64,000 nt of DNA, taken from positions 38,681-102,680 of the forward strand of contig CAWVVV010000006.1 in the NCBI GenBank assembly GCA_963933835.1. The letters are read 5' to 3'. Under the pieces are notes generated by a model, which saw only the letters and a list, made by a program, of their open reading frames with translations, ran no database searches and had not been told where the DNA came from. The position numbers were made by a program, and so were the translations under genes. Source of the DNA: an uncultured Puniceicoccaceae bacterium (GTDB taxonomy: Bacteria > Verrucomicrobiota > Verrucomicrobiia > Opitutales > Oceanipulchritudinaceae). The first letter of the stretch is position 1. Each line of letters opens with the position of its first letter. Positions 58,692 to 64,000 of this stretch are shown one piece after another.

Positions 58692-59447
58692 ATGAGTGCG
58701 ACTGATTACGAAGCCTCGACGATCCTGTCGGAATATTTGCTCTTCCATTATGGAGACGCTGAGCGCCTCCTTCCTTGGATAGACGGTCCGAGTGGGGCGT
58801 TGGATTTCCCTCTCCGGTGCGTTGAGAAAACATTCGATCCCACCTTGTTTCCGCCGAAAGGTGGACGAATCCTCGACCTCGGGTGTGCCGTTGGCCGGTC
58901 TACATTTGAGCTCGCTCGCTACGGAGCAGAGGTGATTGGGATTGATTACTCACAGCAGTTTATAGCCGCTGCGATGCAGCTAGCTGAGGGCAAAAAGGTG
59001 GCCTACCGCATCCACGAAACGGGCAACTGGTTTTCGGATGCGGAAGCGGAAGCGCCTGAAGGTGCGGCCATTGAGAAGGTTCAATTCGAAGTCGGTGATG
59101 CACACAAACTGCGGGCAGACTTGGGAAGCTTTGACCTTGTCGTAGCCTGTAACCTTTTGTGCCGCATGACGGAGCCGCAGCGTTTGCTCGAAAGGCTTAA
59201 TACATTGGTGCGTCCGGGCGGTCAGCTCGTTCTGACAACCCCTCACACCTGGTTGGAAACGTTCACCCCGCCAGAGAATTGGCTCGCGGCGTCGAAGGCA
59301 GGACGGGTGCCAACGGAGGCATTGGCGGATGCACTTGGCGGTGATTTTGAATTGGTGAAACAAGTAGATCTCCCGTTTCTCATCCGTGAGCACCGGCGCA
59401 AGTTTCAGTGGAGTGTCGCTGAAGGCACGGTTTGGAGAAAAGGTTGA
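58692..59447 (+). CDS. SAM-dependent methyltransferase resembling the OvoA C-terminal (mercaptohistidine N-methyltransferase) domain
   Basis: YE....LSEYLLFHYG, LDLGCAVGRSTFELAR, NLLCR, TP.TWLE.FTP, F.IREH.RKFQ. Confidence 0.8.
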   Translation: MSATDYEASTILSEYLLFHYGDAERLLPWIDGPSGALDFPLRCVEKTFDPTLFPPKGGRILDLGCAVGRSTFELARYGAEVIGIDYSQQFIAAAMQLAEGKKVAYRIHETGNWFSDAEAEAPEGAAIEKVQFEVGDAHKLRADLGSFDLVVACNLLCRMTEPQRLLERLNTLVRPGGQLVLTTPHTWLETFTPPENWLAASKAGRVPTEALADALGGDFELVKQVDLPFLIREHRRKFQWSVAEGTVWRKG

Positions 59448-59524
59448 TCTTGAACCGTGCGGTTGAAAAAGTGTCTAACTCGTTCAGGCTCTATCACACG
59501 CTATTCCCACCCAGCCCCTCTTTT

Positions 59525-59746
59525 ATGAAATCTTCCCTTCTGCTCTTTGGACTTAGCCTTCCGTTGGTCGGGTGCCTCCATGTCAAAACTGACCCGATCA
59601 AGATCGAACCGATCTACATCGAGATCACCGTGAACCACCGTGTGCAAAAGGAACTGGATGACTTTTTTGCCGAGATTGATCAGGCTTCAACAACGACCGA
59701 GTACCAGCCGCTAGAACTAGAAACCGCCGAAAAGGATTCCGAGTAA
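59525..59746 (+). CDS. YnbE-like small lipoprotein
   Basis: Lipobox LVGC, KIEPIYIEITVN..V.KELDD.F; coupled to the ydbL-like gene. Confidence 0.7.
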   Translation: MKSSLLLFGLSLPLVGCLHVKTDPIKIEPIYIEITVNHRVQKELDDFFAEIDQASTTTEYQPLELETAEKDSE

Positions 59747-60123
59747 TGCACCGTCACCGAATTATTCATCTCTGTGGAGCAACGCTCCTTTTCTTTTTTC
59801 TCAGCTTTTCTCAGGTGTTTGCGGAGAGCGTTACGGATCGAATGCGAGACCGCCTTCCAGGCATCGACGCGCAAAAGGAGGACAGCCTTCTCGGTGAGAA
59901 CAACGAAGGATTTCTGACCGCTCGAGGTAGCCTGTCCGAAGAACAGAGGCAGCTTTTAGAGGCTGAAAACAACGACCGCAAAGCACTTTACGTCCTCATC
60001 GCCGAGAAAACGAATACAAGCGCCGAGGAAGTTGGCAAACAGCGGGCTGCTCGGATCGCCCAGCAGGCCAAGAGTGGTTTGTGGATACAGACCTCAAGCG
60101 GTGAATGGGTCCTCAAAGGGTAG
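59746..60123 (+). CDS. YdbL/DUF1318 family protein
   Basis: GENNEGFL, AENNDRKALY..IA, G.WIQ...GEW. Confidence 0.88.
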   Translation: MHRHRIIHLCGATLLFFFLSFSQVFAESVTDRMRDRLPGIDAQKEDSLLGENNEGFLTARGSLSEEQRQLLEAENNDRKALYVLIAEKTNTSAEEVGKQRAARIAQQAKSGLWIQTSSGEWVLKG

Positions 60124-60152
60124 GTGCTGAGCGGCACCATCGGTCGTGTGAC

Positions 60153-60809
60153 CTACATGTCTGGGACGACTTCTGGGTAGAGTTGTCCAGTGTTGTTGAT
60201 CTTGAAAACGTAGATCACCCCCGGCTTGAGCTTCTTGTAGACGACGTTTCCATAGATCGCATCGACATCGTGTTCGCTTAGGGCTGTGGGGTCATTTGAT
60301 AGCTCCCAAATTGAGTCCCAAAACGTCGCTCGGTCTTTCACGCTCAGGCGATTGAAGACATCGCGGTAGCGCGCAGGCTCTTCTCCCATTTCTTCGATCG
60401 GGAAGGCTTTTGAGGGGCTCATGAACTCCCCGTAGACGCGGCGCCAAAGATAAAGCGACCGTTCTTTCCCATCCATCACTAGGCGGGAGGGAAATTTGAC
60501 GATGAGGGCGTCAAAATGAATCACATCGCCCTCGATCGTGTATTCGCGTTCGAGCACCGTATCGGTTTTGTCATTACGAGCCGTCGCGACAAATCTCAGT
60601 GTTGTGAGAAGGGTGCCGTCTGGCCGTGTCTCTTGGTCGATTACCTTTGCATAGCCGATCTGGTCTTCTTCCGTGAGATTGCCGATCGCCTTCATGAGCT
60701 GCTTGTTCTCGCCCAGTAGGTCATGGATCGTCTTAGCCCCAAAAAATGTTGAGCCCGCGACGAGGACGAGGACGATAAGGACCAGAAACGTAGTGATGTA
60801 TTTCATCAT
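60153..60809 (-). CDS. Hypothetical protein with N-terminal TM anchor
   Basis: Long ORF with a hydrophobic N-terminus. Confidence 0.75.
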   Translation of the reverse strand: MMKYITTFLVLIVLVLVAGSTFFGAKTIHDLLGENKQLMKAIGNLTEEDQIGYAKVIDQETRPDGTLLTTLRFVATARNDKTDTVLEREYTIEGDVIHFDALIVKFPSRLVMDGKERSLYLWRRVYGEFMSPSKAFPIEEMGEEPARYRDVFNRLSVKDRATFWDSIWELSNDPTALSEHDVDAIYGNVVYKKLKPGVIYVFKINNTGQLYPEVVPDM

Positions 60810-60980
60810 TATTCGTCGCACACCCTAGGCCCCTTTAGTCGCAGAGTCTAGACGAAGAAGCGCCCATCTTGTAGAGAGGCAGGGACCCATCTACAGGTTC
60901 GAATTGAAGAATCAGTCGGTGAATCCAACTTTTCTTCTCCTCAACCTATTCGCGAGTGGGTGGTGCCTGCAAACGGTAGG

Positions 60981-61289
60981 CTAGACCCCTTTTTGTGGCT
61001 CGATGGTCGGCGGACCTTCTTTGCCTGCCGTGCGGTGGTAGCGACCGGTGAGCTTGTCTTTTTCGTATTTGGTGAAGCCCTTTTCGGCTAGGTTGTTATT
61101 CTCCAGCTTCGTCTTGTTGGCTCCCGGCGTATATTTCGAGGCAATATTGGGGGCCTGAAGCACGCGGCGAATCGGTTCGCCCGTCTCAGGATGGTGCGCG
61201 AGGTGCGCGTCCTGCATGGACTGTTGGATTTCAAAGACTTCTGTCTTCTCTGGGTCGTCGCTGAGCGTCTGGTAGACGTAGATTGGCAC
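60981..61289 (-). CDS. FmdB-family zinc-ribbon-like protein lacking cysteines
   Basis: MPIYVY...FEI.QSM.D..L..HPETGEP.RRV. Confidence 0.75.
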   Translation of the reverse strand: MPIYVYQTLSDDPEKTEVFEIQQSMQDAHLAHHPETGEPIRRVLQAPNIASKYTPGANKTKLENNNLAEKGFTKYEKDKLTGRYHRTAGKEGPPTIEPQKGV

Positions 61290-61517
61290 GTATCAAATGT
61301 GTGTTAGAAATCCTACGGACTGCAAGTGCTGAGACGATATATTAAAGAGTAAGTTATACGCTTTATTCTAAGGGCGACTTGCTGTCCCTCCGTTACGCTC
61401 AGTTGGAAGAATGGAACGAACCTGCAAAGGTCTTTGAGCAATGTCGGACAGCGCGCAAAGCAGAGCGTCTTCGCTGATGCGACGCTACTTATTCAGTTAA
61501 CAGTGCGGAGTGGCGCT

Positions 61518-61760
61518 TTAGCTTTCCACTGCGTGCTCGAGGACGGCTGGATCAGTTAATCGAGCGACGGTGGAGCGGATGTGTGCGTTGATCGCAGCGT
61601 CAATCTGCTTCTCGTTCCAAGAGCTGAAGCGTTCTATGCCCGATGCGATGAATTTTGCCGATCTGGATGCTTCGAGTTTCTTCAATTCTTCTGCCTTTTC
61701 ATCATCACTGATCACCTCTTTGAGGTATGCTCGTTTTTGGATGAGAGTGAAGGACCGCAT
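61518..61760 (-). CDS. Small hypothetical protein
   Basis: 80-aa charged helical ORF with ATG start. Confidence 0.5.
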   Translation of the reverse strand: MRSFTLIQKRAYLKEVISDDEKAEELKKLEASRSAKFIASGIERFSSWNEKQIDAAINAHIRSTVARLTDPAVLEHAVES

Positions 61761-62033
61761 ACGGAAAAGCTGAAGGTTTTGAGGTTTCCTGTCTAGCCTT
61801 GAACAGCGGAATAACGCTAAATAAGTGAAGTTTCTGAGCGGTATAAGTAGTTTTTCAGCAGGCTATTATGGAAACCTACTAGGGCTCGACGCTTCGATCG
61901 TGTAATCTTGGTCTGCCGTGCTTGTTACCGTTTTCGTTCAACTGCGATGCCTAGAGATTGCAGTGCGCATTTCGTTAGCGATGAAATCGGCGCCGGTTGG
62001 ATGAACCGGCTTCGGTGATAATTGGTAGAAAAA

Positions 62034-62118
62034 TGGTGCTCAGGGTGGGACTTGAACCCACACGCCTTGCGGCACACGCCCCTCAAGCGTGCGTGTCTAC
62101 CAATTCCACCACCAGAGC
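62034..62118 (-). tRNA. tRNA-Leu(GAG)
   Basis: GCTCTGGTGGTGGAATTGGTAGACACG..CACGC-TTGAGGG-GCGTG, long variable arm, GGTTCAAGTCC..ACCA. Confidence 0.97.
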
Positions 62119-62283
62119 AATTGATACGGCGATTGATCGCCTTGAGGAAGGTGTGGAGAAAGTCGTGACGATGAAAAGGGGGCAAGTCTTTTTTCCCTTA
62201 ATATTTCTATGAAGATGATTTGGTATGAATACTTGACCCCTCGATTAGATTTTGGGTGTATGGCGCCGCTTTCATGCTTCGCT

Positions 62284-64000
62284 ATGTCAGATAATTCCTC
62301 ACGCTCAGACGAAGACAAGTCTTCGTCAGACCTCGACTTAAGTAGTCTCGGAGAATTGTCCCTCGGTCCTGATTGGGGCTCTGGTTCACTTCCCGCATCA
62401 AAATCACCTAAATGGTCGGAAGACCGTAGTGGTCCACGTGGCCGCCGAGACCGGCGTGGTCCGGGAGGTCCGGGAGGTCCGGGAGGTTCGCGCGATCGGC
62501 GCGCCGGTAAGACAGCGCGCCCTGCTGGCGGTGGACAAGGAAGTCACGATCGTCCGGATAATCGCTCGCGCGGCGGCAGGGGTGCCCCTCAGCAAGGCAG
62601 AGGCCGTGGTGCTCGCCAAGAGCGTCCTCCGTTCCAGCCGATCATTGAAGCAGACTTCTATCCCGACGACAATGCGTTCAAGGCCCTGACCCTGGCCATT
62701 CGGCAGTCGTTCCGCACTTTTGAGCTCTTTGAAATCGCTCGTTTGATCCTTGAGAAACCTGAGCGCTGGGTGTGCGTCGCCAAGCATCCCGATCAGAAAG
62801 AGGGAGAAACAGCGATTCTTCACGCCTCCGTTCCCGATGGTTTGCCGTTTCTTTCTGAGCAAGCCGCGATTGATCACGTATTGAAGCTTCACCTGAGCGA
62901 GTTTTTCGACGCTGAAGACTACGAAGCCGAAGCGCCGAGTGGTAGTTTCCAAATGGTCCACAAGTGTGGCTTCACGTCCGAAATTATCGGACCACCGAAT
63001 TTCCACCGTTACCAAGCGATGCTCAAAGAGCACCAAGCAACGCGCCTTCCACGCCTGAGCATTGAGCGCGTGCAGGCACATTTGGAGTCGGTTCGCGAGC
63101 AGGAAGCGATCGATGGTTGGCTGGAAAAGATGAAGCAGGGCAAGCGGTATACCTTAAAGGAACAGCCTGAGGGAGGAGACCCTATCATCTTTCCTGATCT
63201 GGATGCAGTGCGCCTTTACCTTCTAACCCACATGAAGGAAAAAGTCGTCCGGCCTGCTTACTCCGTTCGGTTCCTAGGGCGCGATCTCACAACCCTCCCT
63301 GAAAGCGATCCTCTTCGCCTTTCGATCGAAACCCTTTACGCGCAGCAAATGCGCTTCCCCCTAAATACTGCGAACAATTTGCGCGGTCGCTTGCGTCGTC
63401 TAAATCTCGCGGTCTACAAACGCGGTTCCAAAGGCGTAAGCTACGTCTGTGCAGTAAAGCGTCACTTCCGAACAAAGGACGAAGTTTTGGCTGAAAACCT
63501 TTCGAACCTGATGGAGTTTATAGAGGCGCATCCAAAGTTGAAGCCTTCTGATCTTCCCCGCGAATATCTCGGGATTACGGAGCCGGATGCCAAGGTCGAT
63601 AGCGCGGAAGAAGTGGCTGCGGCGGCCGTAACAGAGCCGACAGAAGCATCCGCTGAAGAGCAGCCATCAACAGAGTCGGTGGAGACATCTGCCTACGGAG
63701 ATGAGCTTAAGGCTTTGGGCCGAGATTTGCGTTATCTGGTGAGCCAGGGCTATGTCATCGAATACAGTGACGGTCGTCTTGAAGTTCCACCGATGAAAGA
63801 AGAGCCTGTCGTCGAGAAAGCGCCTGCGAAAGCTGCTCAAAAAGTAGAAGAGGGTGCCCCCGCCGCTGAAACGAAGGAAGCTGTTCCTGTGGCAGAAGAA
63901 CCCACAGCGGAAGCGCCTACTCCTGCAGAAACGGCAGCTCCGGTTGAAGAACCCACAGCGGAAGCGCCTACTCCTGCAGAAACGGCAGCTCCGGTTGAAG
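62284..64000 (+). CDS. Large hypothetical protein (>570 aa, runs off window; absent from the ORF track)
   Basis: Hand translation from ATG 62284 shows no stop: R/G-rich N-terminus, core with RTFELFEIARLILEKPER and GPPNFHRY, acidic A/P/E tail. Confidence 0.85.
   Translation, partial: MSDNSSRSDEDKSSSDLDLSSLGELSLGPDWGSGSLPASKSPKWSEDRSGPRGRRDRRGPGGPGGPGGSRDRRAGKTARPAGGGQGSHDRPDNRSRGGRGAPQQGRGRGARQERPPFQPIIEADFYPDDNAFKALTLAIRQSFRTFELFEIARLILEKPERWVCVAKHPDQKEGETAILHASVPDGLPFLSEQAAIDHVLKLHLSEFFDAEDYEAEAPSGSFQMVHKCGFTSEIIGPPNFHRYQAMLKEHQATRLPRLSIERVQAHLESVREQEAIDGWLEKMKQGKRYTLKEQPEGGDPIIFPDLDAVRLYLLTHMKEKVVRPAYSVRFLGRDLTTLPESDPLRLSIETLYAQQMRFPLNTANNLRGRLRRLNLAVYKRGSKGVSYVCAVKRHFRTKDEVLAENLSNLMEFIEAHPKLKPSDLPREYLGITEPDAKVDSAEEVAAAAVTEPTEASAEEQPSTESVETSAYGDELKALGRDLRYLVSQGYVIEYSDGRLEVPPMKEEPVVEKAPAKAAQKVEEGAPAAETKEAVPVAEEPTAEAPTPAETAAPVEEPTAEAPTPAETAAPVE
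63895..64000 (+). repeat. Perfect 51-nt coding tandem repeat (EEPTAEAPTPAETAAPV), at least 2 copies
   Basis: Identical units at 63895-63945 and 63946-63996; a third begins at 63997. Confidence 0.92.

Noticed and set aside
61290..62118. Integrative element at tRNA-Leu (or at tRNA-Val)
   Set aside because: No integrase and no duplicated tRNA 3' end seen in the window.

Overview
Bacterial chromosomal window of mostly housekeeping genes, GC roughly mid-50s% by eye. A PEP-CTERM protein, the dnaK-groES-groEL order and several lineage-type hypothetical proteins suggest a Verrucomicrobiota (Opitutae/Puniceicoccales-like) genome; this is inference. Content: lnt, rsmE, an Mla/MCE ABC operon, rsmD, hemL, def-fur, phoH-HD hydrolase-ybeY, trxB, dnaK-groES-groEL, a DEAD-box helicase, recN, a six-gene TtpC-type TonB operon, rpmI-rplT-pheST, gatCAB, uppP, trpD, glmM, sulP, an RRM protein, tRNA-Val(GAC) and tRNA-Leu(GAG). 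No CRISPR array, IS element, integrase or prophage was seen. The strongest unexplained signal is a tandem pair of paralogous ~80-nt non-coding units on the minus strand at 2067-2370, just downstream of the Mla operon. Each has an identically spaced ECF-type promoter (TTTTGAAC-N19-TCTAC-N6-GAACAGCA), a U-rich core and a covarying intrinsic terminator, i.e. a candidate sibling sRNA family. Also notable: a cryptic MotA/MotB-like gene pair with a long coiled coil, a Trp-Pro repeat protein heading the Mla operon, 26-bp inverted repeats bracketing hemL, structured leaders on two RNA-chaperone genes, and several fused, truncated or frameshifted genes that may be gene decay or assembly artefacts.
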